The notes under the pieces are model-generated. The model was not told where the DNA came from. It made no database searches and worked only from the letters and a program-made list of their open reading frames with translations. A stretch of DNA of 64,000 nucleotides from the IMG/VR virus record IMGVR_UViG_3300008117_007749; one strand, given 5' to 3'. This document shows, in pieces, positions 19,589 to 30,257 of the stretch. The number at the start of each line of letters is the position of its first letter. The stretch's first letter is position 1. The position numbers were made by a program, and so were the translations under genes. The DNA comes from a virus.

Positions 19589-20017
19589 ATGGATAGATTT
19601 TATGAATTATCTGAGGATACCACTAATGACTTTTTTGAAGTTTTCAACAAAAAGTCATTTCCCGTATCTGTAAAATTCCAATTTATTGGAGACAGCAAAC
19701 AAAAAAACCTAATTAAGATTGCTAAAGTAGCCGATGATTACGCTTTCATTCTTCAGAAAGAACTCAAAGTTTGCATCAATGAAGACCTAATGAATGTTTA
19801 TGATGATGAGTCAGTAACTATTTTATTTGAACAAGAAATTGATAAAATAAATATTAACTTAGATTCGGGTAAAATAAAATTAGTAAAAACAGACCTAAAT
19901 ACTTTTTCATCTTTAGTAAATAAATACGGAGTAGAAAAAGTTGCTAGAGCAAATAAAGTAGAAGAGTTATATCAAGAGCAACAAAGTGATGCTAAAGACG
20001 AAGAATTTATTATATAA
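19589..20017 (+). CDS. Hypothetical protein
   Basis: ORF preceded by AATATATAA. Confidence 0.6.
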   Translation: MDRFYELSEDTTNDFFEVFNKKSFPVSVKFQFIGDSKQKNLIKIAKVADDYAFILQKELKVCINEDLMNVYDDESVTILFEQEIDKININLDSGKIKLVKTDLNTFSSLVNKYGVEKVARANKVEELYQEQQSDAKDEEFII

Positions 20018-20019
20018 TC

Positions 20020-20265
20020 ATGATTAAACCAAATGAAATAGGAAAAAATTATATCTCGGCTCTACGAATTAAATACTTAGCAGAGATGGAAGAAGCTAAA
20101 GCAAATTTATCTCTTTACTCATCCAATCTTACAGGAATTGGAGAACACTCTGATCTAATGACTGAATTCAATCTTTGGATTGAAAAATACACAGATGCTA
20201 AAGACAAATTATCATCTTTAGATGAATTATTTGATATAACACTAAGTAGTGTTATCAAAGGATAA
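20020..20265 (+). CDS. Hypothetical helical-hairpin protein
   Basis: ORF in operon; GIGEHSD turn between amphipathic helices. Confidence 0.6.
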   Translation: MIKPNEIGKNYISALRIKYLAEMEEAKANLSLYSSNLTGIGEHSDLMTEFNLWIEKYTDAKDKLSSLDELFDITLSSVIKG

Positions 20266-20288
20266 AAAATAAAATATAAATATAAATT

Positions 20289-20951
20289 ATGGAAAATTTT
20301 CAAACAAATGTTGTTAAACCAAAAACTTCTTTTACAGTAAATGAAACTGAATATCTACTTATAGACTCAAATTTTGAAACTGAACTGGATAATTCAATAA
20401 AAAGTGTAAATGATTATATAAATAATAATCACGGTAAAGGAAAATCTAATCAAGAACAAGATTCTCTTTATTTAGAGTCACAAAAATTGTGGAAAGAATT
20501 TGCAAAAAATCTTAAAGATGCAAAATATAACTTCTATCTTAATCAAGACCAGTTAAACTTTTTAACAGACTTAGTTTTAACAAAACTTGAATATGATGTC
20601 AATACCGTATTTTTTGCAATCGAGTTAAAGTCAATGTTTGATGAAATGAAATCCACCAAGCTTAAAAATTCAACCGATATGGCATGTCATAAGTTAAATG
20701 CGACAGAAATTACTTATCTTTATCACTTAATTTCTAAACACAATGTAAAAGGACTTAATAAAAGTGCAATTCTTTTCTCTGAAATACTTTTAAAAATTGG
20801 AGACATTAGTAAAGTTTTTAATTACTATGACACGACTGGTAAAAATCTTTCAACAGATATTCAAGACTGGGTTGCCACTTTTGAAGAAAGTGTAATAAAA
20901 GAAGAAAGAAAACCCAAAACAATCGAGGCTCAAGTTCTTCCAAACAATTAA
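20289..20951 (+). CDS. Hypothetical protein
   Basis: 220-aa ORF followed by a hairpin. Confidence 0.6.
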   Translation: MENFQTNVVKPKTSFTVNETEYLLIDSNFETELDNSIKSVNDYINNNHGKGKSNQEQDSLYLESQKLWKEFAKNLKDAKYNFYLNQDQLNFLTDLVLTKLEYDVNTVFFAIELKSMFDEMKSTKLKNSTDMACHKLNATEITYLYHLISKHNVKGLNKSAILFSEILLKIGDISKVFNYYDTTGKNLSTDIQDWVATFEESVIKEERKPKTIEAQVLPNN

Positions 20952-20969
20952 AATAAATTACTTAATTTT

Positions 20970-20997
20970 AACCTCTTCAATTTGAAGAGGTTTTTTT
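20970..20997. terminator. Intrinsic terminator between convergent genes
   Basis: AACCTCTTCAA/TTGAAGAGGTT stem plus T run. Confidence 0.75.
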
Positions 20998-23900
20998 ATG
21001 TATAAACTGGAGTGATAGGCACAAAAGGCCCAATTGGATCAATATACCTATATGGCTCTTGTAAATCTTTTGTTCCTTTAAGATAATAATTCTTTTTATC
21101 TCTATACACACTACCATATCCATTATGAGAGCTAACCTCAATAACTAAGAATGGGTCGATATTTGAATCTACAGTAAAGTTATAAGGTGTAAGTTCTTCA
21201 CCAGGTCTTGTTTCAGTTAAAGTCTGAACTGGTTCTAAATCAATTTGTTTCCATTCTGTAATCTTCAACCAATTTGTTGGATCTAAATTCGGAATAACAG
21301 TAGAATTTGGATCACCAAGTCCACTATAAACATAATAATCTCTCTCCCATTCAACCGTAGATGTTGATTCATAAGTTGAGAATTCATCCCAGGTACTAAC
21401 ATTCTCGAATCTTCTAGGATTTTTTATTCTATTGTTATCAATTTGTGATTCATAAATTTTATCAAAATAAGCTACCTTATCACCTTTATTATAGGTAACA
21501 TATGGAGCCCATTCTTTATATATTTTATAAGTTCTAATTTTAATATCATATAACTCAGGAACAGAAACTTTAGAATTATAATATGGTTTTGGATTTGGTA
21601 AAAACTCATTAATCTGATTTGTACCAGGTAATATATTATAGAAATCTAAAACACAATTATAAACAGTAGAACCAGAATTAACCGGATGCAAATAAGCCTC
21701 ATTCATTTTAAAGGTTACCGGTGACATTTCATCACTAATTTTAATTATTCTCATGTCATAAGTTTGATGAGTTATTTGGTTACCTCCAGTAAAGAAAGCT
21801 CTTCCTGTAATATCAAGTATTTTATGAGTTAAAGGAATAATATTTCTTTTTAGCCAATATTTTAAACCTTGTAGTTTTATAATGATTTCATCTAAGCTAT
21901 AATTGAGAATATAATTTCCCTCTTTATCGGTTATGAAATAAGTTAGATTGAACATGTTTGTCTCTTCATAATTATCACTTGGTAGATATTTTATCAGAAA
22001 ATCTTGTTCATTCCACCCCTTTATAGTATTATCGAATATATCCGGAATCTCCACTTTAAAGAGTTTTCCAAATTCTTTTGAATTAACATCTTTATTTCGA
22101 TAATATTCATTCAATTGCAAATCATTATATCCAAAATAATTGATTGCATTAATTAATGACTTATAAGAACCTATGTATGGATAAATTACATTTCTAACCA
22201 TCAACATCTCTTTTCTCTTCTTATTAAGATACATCCAATCTATACCACCTTCATTAATATCATATTCTTTAAAAATAAAGACTTCATCTGGATTTATGAG
22301 TTTTCCTATATTCCCTAATTCGGTTTTAAATCTAATATCTTCTTCTTCAGTTTGACCCCAAGTAATGAATCTTCCTATTTCTCTATCTCTAACTCTAAAA
22401 TTTGTTTTTAGGTAAGTTGTTTTACCATACTGTGGATAGTTGGTCAAAACTGTATTTTCATTTTCTAAAATATCAACATCGATGTTGAAAAAATCTACAA
22501 TTAAAATCTTTGTATAAACCTCTCTTATTTTAACTATAATCGCATTATTATCAGAAATATATTGATTTTTAACATTAGAAGTATCTTTGACATAGATTAC
22601 CAAATGCTGGCCAGGTTTTAATCCTCTACCCGTAAAATTGACAGAAGATGTTTCATTTATAAAAATTCTACCTCTTTTATCAGTTACGTTTTCTATATCT
22701 ATTGTTTCAAAAGTTATATTTGTAAGTGAATCTGAAATAATATCAAATTCAATTTCTTCTTTTTTATAAAGTTGTAAAACAGAACGTAAAGCTCCTTCAT
22801 TATCAGCTTTAAATCCTAAAAATAACTCTAAAGCCTGAGGAGCTGAAGATACATCATCTTCATCATCTACGTAACTTAACGTATATTCAACCTTATCAAA
22901 TATTGTTTGTTGATAAGCAGAATAAGAAACTTTAGTTATATCTTTATTTATATTTCTATTTAAAACTGCATTTTTTAGAGGTTTTTCTCCACTATAAGCA
23001 TAGACACCAGTAGTAGCTAATTGTTCTCCTGAAAAATCATATATAAAAAACTCAGGAACTTCATCACTTAGCCACTTCCAGTAGTATTTTACAGAAACAT
23101 CACCTTCAAAATTTTCACGTGGTCTTCTAAAATAATCTCTAGTCTTTAACCAAATACTTTCTCTTGGTTCATAATTTGGATCTAAAGTTCCATAAACATT
23201 ATCCTCAATATTAGAAAACGTTAGAGGTAATGGATTTATTTGGTTGTTCAACTCAACTGATACTTCTACAACTGAATTTAAAGTAGGTTGAATTGCCCAA
23301 ACAGTCTTTCTCTCAGGATTATAAATAATTCTTCCCGTACCAGAAGGCAAAGGTTGAGTATTCAATACCTGTTTTGTTTGAGAGTCTAATATAACTATTG
23401 TATTAAAAGCTTGAGAGGACATATAAACATCACCATCAAATTGATTAACAACCAAATAACCATAATTACTTAATAAAGTAGAATCAGCAGTTGTATCGGA
23501 TAGGTCCAAATCATAATAATTAAAACTAGAGTCCGATATATTCATAAGACCCGAGATGTTATTAAAAATAATATCTCTAAATCCATATGTTGAAACATTA
23601 GTTATTGATTGAGTAACCCCATTGTCAATTTCCCAAAGTGTTCCTGATCCATAAACATAAACCGCTTCTTGAACTGGTTCGTAAAATATTGAGTTGGTTG
23701 CCCCGGGAACTCCATAAGCTGTCGAGAAAGATCGATTGACTCCATTAATTCTTATAACATGACCAGTACCAGCAAATGAAGTTATATACATATCTTGTTC
23801 AAAGTCATTAAATACCATAGCACCTCCAGAACAATCAAATCCACCATTTGGAATAACACCAGAAGGATTATTTGTTAAATTATCAGATGTCCAATATCGC

Positions 23901-26740
23901 GGAGTTCCATTGTTTTTAAATGTTAGATAAACATCTCCATTTACAGGATTTATTTCTATTTCTTGAGCAATATTTGAAAAAGTAATTCCAGTAATTAATA
24001 AGTTACTTGTTGGATCTACAACCCATAAATAACTTTCCGATAAGCAATAAAGATAACTATTTATTGGATTGAATTTCATTTCAATACTTTGAGTATTACC
24101 AGGTAGCAAAATACTAGTAATGTACTCACCTAAAAAAGCATCAATTACAACAACACCATCACCAAAACAATAAATTGAATTAGATAGTTGTATATACTCA
24201 ATATCAACAAAGTTTCCTGATCCTGGATTCGAACTAAAGTTAAAAGTATTAACAGAATAAACGTTTGGATAGACTGTAAGTGAAAACATATTTGGATCAA
24301 ACATAGTAGGATCAAAAGGTCCTCCGGTTCCACCAGTTGGAGGAACAATAATCGTGCAAGCAGTTTGACCAAATCCATTGTTAAATCCAAGTATAGCAAA
24401 TGCTCCTGTATTACACTCAGGTCCGGTCAATCCCCAGAAAGGACCTTGATAACTTAAATTCATTGATGTTGGTTCAAGATTCTGTATAACGTAATCTTGA
24501 TTAAGCCAAGGATAAAAAGTATTATTAATCGCAAAAGCCATTCCAGTTGCAAATCCTTCTTGTTCAAAGGATACTGTAGAAGATTGAGGAATAACTACTT
24601 CATTTGAAGCGACCAATACACCCTCGTTACCCAAAAGTCTTTTTGTGATTTTATAATCAACAATTCCTGGAATATTCAACTTACCAGTATTTATAGTATA
24701 GTCTAATCTAAAATCAGCATCTAATAAATCTAATCTTAATATTGTATTATAAGCCCCAGCTAAAACTCCAAATTCCAAAAGAGTCTCGGCATGTTCCTCA
24801 GCCCAGGCTGTTAGAGTAGCCGAGATATTAGGAACGGAATTAGTAGCAAAAATTGTTTGTACTCCATAATCCTCATCATTAATATTAATAGTTAAATAAG
24901 GTCCTAAATTTGTAAATAATATTTTTGAATGTTCAATATAATAAAAAGCTGTTGTTCCTACTTCTATTTCCTCGATAGTTATTGGAACATTTGGATATTG
25001 AGATTTAATTAGAATTGAGTTGTAAAATATTGACGTAGAGTTTCCAGTATATTGAAGATCCACAATTATACCTAATGAAAGTAGTCTAAAACTCCATCTT
25101 CTTAACCAACTTCTCAAAGTTCTATCAATAGTTCTCTCCATATCGATTGTAGAACCCGAAAAAACAAATGCTACTTCTTCATCATAGACCATTCCATTTA
25201 TCAAAATCTTAATCCCAACCTCATCAATGTCGGTAAAAACAACATTATATCTAAAATTTTGAGAAAAATTGTAATTCAGTTCATAATCTAAAACTTCTTC
25301 TACTTCAACTAATCTTTCAATTGTTTGTCTTGTTTGACCGACTGAAAAAGTTGAACCTAACTGAGTGTGGTAAAAATTGACTTGCGTATATAAAGACGCA
25401 TATTTTAAATCAGCTCTTAATTTATTATTCTCATAAAATAAATCAACATTAAAAAGATCTAAATCTGTTTTAAATTTTTGAGCCGCTGACGCCAATGTGA
25501 CCTCATTTGAGACAGTAAAACCATAAGTGTAGTAAAATCTATCTGTAGTAAAATACAATTGAGCATCTAGCAAGTTTTCAACAAATGTAGGCTGTTCTAC
25601 TTTGATATAATCAGGATTGGACCAATAAGTAGTATTTTCCGGATTAACAAAGTTAGTAGCTTCTGATAATCCAAAACTCTGTGTATAAGCTTGAATACAC
25701 TGATAAATTCTATTGTTATAAATAACCTGAGACTGTAAAGCAAAGTAGGTAGCCTGAGTAATTTTATCAAACTCTGGTATTCCAGCTACAGTATAAAAGT
25801 TATTATTATTAAATGATCCAATAATTTTAAACTCTTTACCCGGCTTCATTGATTGTGGATAATTAAAATTGTCTATAATTTTGATTATTCCACCAGATTG
25901 TATTTCCATTTCTCCAGAATAAACTAGTGGAACATCGGTCTTTGTTATAACTTCAATTATTAAATCAGAGTTTTGCGGAAAAGCTGACTTATTCAAAATA
26001 TATTCAAAGTGAGTAGCATCAGTCAAGTTGGGATTTTTTACAACTAAAATTTCATCATTTTTCTCACTACCTACAACATTTAATTTTTTACCAACATAAT
26101 ACTTTTGATGAAAATCTGGCTCATTCCAACTTGCTAATTTATTATTAAAATTAACAGCATAGTCATAAACACCAAAAGCATTAACTCCGGAAATACTATA
26201 CAATGGAGTTAAATTGGGAGTTTGAGTTGAAAGAAGACCAGTATATATAGATTGATAAGTTGTTTCAAATGTTGCATTGTCCATCTGAGAAAGTATCATA
26301 ATTGCTCCTGGTTTTGATCCTACAACAGTATAAATCTGATCAGTATTTGTAAATTCCGTAAATGATTCATTAAACCTAATAAAAGTACCAATTGGGAATT
26401 TTGCGTCAAAATTATCACCATAAATCCACTTAGTATAAAAAGTCGGATCGTTATTCACAGGCTCTATTGTAGTTATTGATTGAGTAGCCCATTTGGATCC
26501 ATAAAAATGAAATCCATATTCGTTAAATAATTGAAATTTATTAGTTGTAAGCTGACCAGGCAGCTCAAAATCAAAAGAAGGAATATGCTCTAGAGTATAT
26601 AAACCGACTGTTTTGTATGTATCGTTTGAGTTTTCGTGAAAAAGTATATCACCCTCAAATCTTTCTTCAACTTCATTATAGTTGAAATTCAGATAATCTC
26701 CTTCTTTGTTGAAAAAGTATAAATTTTTATGATTAGACAT
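20996..26740 (-). CDS. Large virion structural protein (baseplate wedge-like) with beta-propeller and CBM5/12-like repeats
   Basis: 1914 aa, acidic and beta-rich. Blade repeats NPINSYLY/NPVNGDVY/EPVQEAVY/NPERKTVW; W..Y..GDKV.Y..Y modules; PYIGSYKSLINAINYFG. Confidence 0.55.
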   Translation of the reverse strand: MSNHKNLYFFNKEGDYLNFNYNEVEERFEGDILFHENSNDTYKTVGLYTLEHIPSFDFELPGQLTTNKFQLFNEYGFHFYGSKWATQSITTIEPVNNDPTFYTKWIYGDNFDAKFPIGTFIRFNESFTEFTNTDQIYTVVGSKPGAIMILSQMDNATFETTYQSIYTGLLSTQTPNLTPLYSISGVNAFGVYDYAVNFNNKLASWNEPDFHQKYYVGKKLNVVGSEKNDEILVVKNPNLTDATHFEYILNKSAFPQNSDLIIEVITKTDVPLVYSGEMEIQSGGIIKIIDNFNYPQSMKPGKEFKIIGSFNNNNFYTVAGIPEFDKITQATYFALQSQVIYNNRIYQCIQAYTQSFGLSEATNFVNPENTTYWSNPDYIKVEQPTFVENLLDAQLYFTTDRFYYTYGFTVSNEVTLASAAQKFKTDLDLFNVDLFYENNKLRADLKYASLYTQVNFYHTQLGSTFSVGQTRQTIERLVEVEEVLDYELNYNFSQNFRYNVVFTDIDEVGIKILINGMVYDEEVAFVFSGSTIDMERTIDRTLRSWLRRWSFRLLSLGIIVDLQYTGNSTSIFYNSILIKSQYPNVPITIEEIEVGTTAFYYIEHSKILFTNLGPYLTININDEDYGVQTIFATNSVPNISATLTAWAEEHAETLLEFGVLAGAYNTILRLDLLDADFRLDYTINTGKLNIPGIVDYKITKRLLGNEGVLVASNEVVIPQSSTVSFEQEGFATGMAFAINNTFYPWLNQDYVIQNLEPTSMNLSYQGPFWGLTGPECNTGAFAILGFNNGFGQTACTIIVPPTGGTGGPFDPTMFDPNMFSLTVYPNVYSVNTFNFSSNPGSGNFVDIEYIQLSNSIYCFGDGVVVIDAFLGEYITSILLPGNTQSIEMKFNPINSYLYCLSESYLWVVDPTSNLLITGITFSNIAQEIEINPVNGDVYLTFKNNGTPRYWTSDNLTNNPSGVIPNGGFDCSGGAMVFNDFEQDMYITSFAGTGHVIRINGVNRSFSTAYGVPGATNSIFYEPVQEAVYVYGSGTLWEIDNGVTQSITNVSTYGFRDIIFNNISGLMNISDSSFNYYDLDLSDTTADSTLLSNYGYLVVNQFDGDVYMSSQAFNTIVILDSQTKQVLNTQPLPSGTGRIIYNPERKTVWAIQPTLNSVVEVSVELNNQINPLPLTFSNIEDNVYGTLDPNYEPRESIWLKTRDYFRRPRENFEGDVSVKYYWKWLSDEVPEFFIYDFSGEQLATTGVYAYSGEKPLKNAVLNRNINKDITKVSYSAYQQTIFDKVEYTLSYVDDEDDVSSAPQALELFLGFKADNEGALRSVLQLYKKEEIEFDIISDSLTNITFETIDIENVTDKRGRIFINETSSVNFTGRGLKPGQHLVIYVKDTSNVKNQYISDNNAIIVKIREVYTKILIVDFFNIDVDILENENTVLTNYPQYGKTTYLKTNFRVRDREIGRFITWGQTEEEDIRFKTELGNIGKLINPDEVFIFKEYDINEGGIDWMYLNKKRKEMLMVRNVIYPYIGSYKSLINAINYFGYNDLQLNEYYRNKDVNSKEFGKLFKVEIPDIFDNTIKGWNEQDFLIKYLPSDNYEETNMFNLTYFITDKEGNYILNYSLDEIIIKLQGLKYWLKRNIIPLTHKILDITGRAFFTGGNQITHQTYDMRIIKISDEMSPVTFKMNEAYLHPVNSGSTVYNCVLDFYNILPGTNQINEFLPNPKPYYNSKVSVPELYDIKIRTYKIYKEWAPYVTYNKGDKVAYFDKIYESQIDNNRIKNPRRFENVSTWDEFSTYESTSTVEWERDYYVYSGLGDPNSTVIPNLDPTNWLKITEWKQIDLEPVQTLTETRPGEELTPYNFTVDSNIDPFLVIEVSSHNGYGSVYRDKKNYYLKGTKDLQEPYRYIDPIGPFVPITPVYT

Positions 26741-26760
26741 TAATTCTAATTGAGTTTTAA

Positions 26761-26806
26761 CTATATATTAAAAACCTATTTCTCAATCGTCAAAATTAAT
26801 ATATAA
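26761..26806. promoter_or_regulatory. Back-to-back TTAATATATA motifs driving divergent genes
   Basis: Minus-strand TTAATATATAG at 26761-26771 and plus-strand TTAATATATAA at 26796-26806. Confidence 0.65.
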
Positions 26807-26809
26807 GAT

Positions 26810-27178
26810 ATGAGTAAAATTTATAATTATGACGATTTTCTTAATGAAGAGTTTTTTAAAAAACTTTTTGGTAGAAATAAAAAGTCTGAAAAAAAATCCA
26901 ATACTGATATATGCGTTGAGGAGATAATAAATTTTCTTGCAGAAAACGGAATTTACACATGGGATGATTTTCTTTATTCAAAAAAGACCGATAAGTATAT
27001 TATAAACAAAATAATTGATGGTTCTGCTCAAAATATGAAGGACGTTGAGGAAATAAGATTCAGACTAAGAATCGAGTTATCAAGCAGACAACAACTAAAA
27101 GAATGGATGAAAGAATTAGAAGCTCAAGAAGAGTATGAGAAATGTGCTAAAATTTTAAAAGCAATAAATAATAAATAA
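26810..27178 (+). CDS. Hypothetical protein with N-terminal tag (MSKIYNYDDFLNEE) and C-terminal UVR-like motif
   Basis: LEAQEEYEKCAKILKAI. Confidence 0.6.
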   Translation: MSKIYNYDDFLNEEFFKKLFGRNKKSEKKSNTDICVEEIINFLAENGIYTWDDFLYSKKTDKYIINKIIDGSAQNMKDVEEIRFRLRIELSSRQQLKEWMKELEAQEEYEKCAKILKAINNK

Positions 27179-27193
27179 AAATAAATCACAGAT

Positions 27194-28129
27194 ATGAAAA
27201 TTAAAAAACTCTCTGAAAAGGATAAAAATAAAGACCAAGAGGCTTTATTCAACGTAAAGTCTTTAGAAAAAGATAAAGAAAACAGACCTTCTTTCAAAAC
27301 TTCAGTTGAAGACCAAGAAAAAATTGAAAAAGAATTCAAAAAGAATTCTGATAAAGTTGAAAAGTTTGAATCTTTCATTGATATTCATATAGATAATATT
27401 GAAAATTTAGAAATTAAACACGATGAAGATAACTTTGATGCAGACTACGAAGAAAGTGAAACATCTGGTTGTGGATGTTGTAGTGACTGCACGGGAGAGG
27501 AAGGTTGTTATTGTGGATGTGATGACTGCAAATGTGATACTGATGAAAATGTTAAAAAAGCATCTGAATTTGTAAATGTTCTGTTTTCAGAGAGTTTAAA
27601 GTATCATTTAGAAAATAATAAACCAATAACTGAAAATATTTTCAGACCAGGCTCAGAAGCTTTCTATCAAGTTATTAAAGAGGCTCGCCAATTATTTGAT
27701 GAAGGAAAAGTCAAATTATGTGAAATAGATAAAGAAATTTATGAATCAACAGAAATTGGTAAATTTGGTTACTTTAACGGAGAATTAGTTCCTTTGGATT
27801 TACCTATGGAAAATATAGAATTTGTTTCTGAAGCAGAATATAAAGGAAAAGAAGTGAAATTAAATCACCCAATGAGAAATAGCGGCGGTGGAAAAAAATA
27901 CTATGTTTATGTTAAAAATCCAAAAACAGGAAATGTTAAAAAGATTTCTTTCGGTGATGTTCACGGTGGCTTAACAGCTAAAGTTAGTAATCCAGACGCT
28001 AGAAAGTCATTTGCGGCTCGTCATAAATGTTCAACTAAGAAAGATAAGACTAAAGCTGGATACTGGGCGTGTCGTCTGACGAAATACGGACATTTGTGGG
28101 GTGGTAAAACTTATCCTGGATTCTGGTAA
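27194..28129 (+). CDS. Phage protein with Cys-rich segment and basic C-terminal domain common in T4-like phages
   Basis: GCGCCSDC...CYCGCDDCKC; AEYKGKEVKLN...KKISFGD...ARKSFAARHKC...AGYWAC. Confidence 0.65.
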   Translation: MKIKKLSEKDKNKDQEALFNVKSLEKDKENRPSFKTSVEDQEKIEKEFKKNSDKVEKFESFIDIHIDNIENLEIKHDEDNFDADYEESETSGCGCCSDCTGEEGCYCGCDDCKCDTDENVKKASEFVNVLFSESLKYHLENNKPITENIFRPGSEAFYQVIKEARQLFDEGKVKLCEIDKEIYESTEIGKFGYFNGELVPLDLPMENIEFVSEAEYKGKEVKLNHPMRNSGGGKKYYVYVKNPKTGNVKKISFGDVHGGLTAKVSNPDARKSFAARHKCSTKKDKTKAGYWACRLTKYGHLWGGKTYPGFW

Positions 28130-28136
28130 TTGATTT

Positions 28137-28403
28137 ATGGAACTACCTTTCAAAGAAAATAAAATATCAGATAATACATTTATCAGAGTATTCAGTCAAA
28201 ACACTGATTCTGGAGAGTTTATGTGGCACAGAGATTACGAAGATCGTATAATAGAGTCAATTGAAGATACAGATTGGAAAATACAAATAGATAACGAACT
28301 ACCTAAATTAATAGAGGGAAAAGTATTTATACCAATGGGAGCTTATCATAGATTGATAAAAGGAACAGGTGATTTAAAGATTAAATTAGATAAACTCTAC
28401 TAA
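28137..28403 (+). CDS. Small cupin-like protein
   Basis: WHRD..DR and IPMGAYHRLIKG His pattern. Confidence 0.55.
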   Translation: MELPFKENKISDNTFIRVFSQNTDSGEFMWHRDYEDRIIESIEDTDWKIQIDNELPKLIEGKVFIPMGAYHRLIKGTGDLKIKLDKLY

Positions 28404-28609
28404 CTCTTTTGAGCAACTAATACATAATAATTTTCCTGATGATTAAATCGCTGTCTAATATATTTAGACAAGTCAGAGCATTTTTCATACTCTTCTAATT
28501 CCGCAAGTTTTGTAATAACTTTTTGTAGATATTTTTCTGAATAAATTTTAAAATCTACAGTGTAAGGTTTATTAGAAAGACATCTATCATAAACTTCGTA
28601 TGGATCCAT
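28400..28609 (-). CDS. Small protein with UVR-like motif
   Basis: LAELEEYEKCSDLSKYI. Confidence 0.55.
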   Translation of the reverse strand: MDPYEVYDRCLSNKPYTVDFKIYSEKYLQKVITKLAELEEYEKCSDLSKYIRQRFNHQENYYVLVAQKS

Positions 28610-28610
28610 T

Positions 28611-29738
28611 TTAGTCGTTTTTTGAATTAAAATTTTCTTTGTAAATCTTTATAACTTCGTTATACTCGTTCAAAATTCCTTGTTTAAACTTTTCATTATC
28701 ATATTTTTGTTTTAAAATATACTCTTTTACATAATCTTCATAATCCAATGCTATTGATATCTCAAAAGTCTCTTCATCAACTTCGATTGCCTCATTTAAC
28801 TCATCATCATCTTCTAGATTTTTAGTAATGTCATCTATATATTCTACAGAAGCAAAGTTACTTTTTTCTAAAATAACTTCCAATTTTCTTCTTAGTTTTC
28901 TATTTGAAATTAAAAGATTGTTAGAAATAGCAATATCAATATAATCTTTAGAATCTTTAAGACTTTCTAATAATTGAACATCATCTTCACCAACAACTCT
29001 GACTTTTTTAAATACAGGTGATACTTTATTTGGAATAAATTCCTCTGTGTTATCTTCAGTATCAATTACAAAAATTCCTTTTTGGTCACCGTAGTCATTT
29101 CTATCCATTTGGAAAATCGAACCCACAAATGTAAAGTTTTTATTACGCTGGACAAGGTGTATATGCCCAGAATATACTCCTTTAAAAGCCGAAAAGTTTT
29201 CAATATCAATTTTATCAGAGTTTTTGTGAGCAACCGATGTTAAGTGCATTTTACAACCATTTAAATCAGAGTGACAAAAAAGATACTCACAATCTCTATT
29301 TTCATCTATGTATTTGGCCTGTTCTAATCTTTTCTCAATATAGGGCATCATAAGTATTTTTCTACCATTATATTCAATCTTAGTAACTTTATCGTAAATT
29401 GTTACATCAGGAATATATCTAAATGGTCTGATTGAGTTTATTTCAGAAGCAGATTTTGACCAAAGGTCATGATTTCCTATTATAATATGGGTAGGTGCGA
29501 TTTTACATAGCTCCTCAACCACATCCATTCCATAGTTTAATAAATTGATTGGAATAACATTTCTATTATCAAATAAGTCACCTAAATGAACAATAATATC
29601 ACCTGGTTGAACTCTTTTTTTAAGAGTTGGAATTAGAAATTCTGTAAAATACTCCTGATGAACTTTATACCACTTATCGACAGAATTTGGATATCCAAGT
29701 CCAATATGTGAATCACCTATAAGGTAAATTTTAGACAT
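28611..29738 (-). CDS. Recombination endonuclease, Mre11/SbcD-like (T4 gp47)
   Basis: GDSHIG, HLGDLFDNR, IGNHD, FCHSD, SGHIH metallophosphoesterase motifs. Confidence 0.88.
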   Translation of the reverse strand: MSKIYLIGDSHIGLGYPNSVDKWYKVHQEYFTEFLIPTLKKRVQPGDIIVHLGDLFDNRNVIPINLLNYGMDVVEELCKIAPTHIIIGNHDLWSKSASEINSIRPFRYIPDVTIYDKVTKIEYNGRKILMMPYIEKRLEQAKYIDENRDCEYLFCHSDLNGCKMHLTSVAHKNSDKIDIENFSAFKGVYSGHIHLVQRNKNFTFVGSIFQMDRNDYGDQKGIFVIDTEDNTEEFIPNKVSPVFKKVRVVGEDDVQLLESLKDSKDYIDIAISNNLLISNRKLRRKLEVILEKSNFASVEYIDDITKNLEDDDELNEAIEVDEETFEISIALDYEDYVKEYILKQKYDNEKFKQGILNEYNEVIKIYKENFNSKND

Positions 29739-29800
29739 AAATTAAAACATTTTTTGTTACTATATATAGTCTAAAATCAAAAATAGTTGTATTATTTACT

Positions 29801-30139
29801 CTATGAATCTTTTCTTCTGGCTTCTCTAGCACATTTCTCACATCCTCTACCAGAATAAAGGTGAGCATCCGGAGTCTGCTCAAATACTCCATGAACTGGA
29901 CATATTATCTTTACTTTAGTTCTGCAATTCTCATATAGAACTAAATCATATACATACTTATTATTGTGTTTGATTATGGACTTTAAAATAAATTGCCTAC
30001 TTTTTAAACTTTTTCTATTTAACACCTTCAACTCTTTTGATATAGCCATTTCTTTTGATTTGCAATTTTTATTACAGAATCTTCTATCAGGTCTTCCGTA
30101 TTTTATTGGTCTTCCGCAATATCTATAGTTACAGTTCAT
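29801..30139 (-). CDS. Zinc-finger / zinc-ribbon DNA-binding protein (homing-endonuclease-associated modules)
   Basis: CxxxxC...FCNKNC and KVKIICPVHGVFEQTP..H..GRGCEKC; no nuclease motif seen. Confidence 0.6.
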   Translation of the reverse strand: MNCNYRYCGRPIKYGRPDRRFCNKNCKSKEMAISKELKVLNRKSLKSRQFILKSIIKHNNKYVYDLVLYENCRTKVKIICPVHGVFEQTPDAHLYSGRGCEKCAREARRKDS

Positions 30140-30257
30140 AATTATATCTATTAAATCTAAAAAGTGGAAAAGGCAATTTTTACAACATATTTGTTTCAAA
30201 AAGACTTAGAGACAAAAACGAGAAAAATATATAATATACAAAAAAATAATAAAAAAC

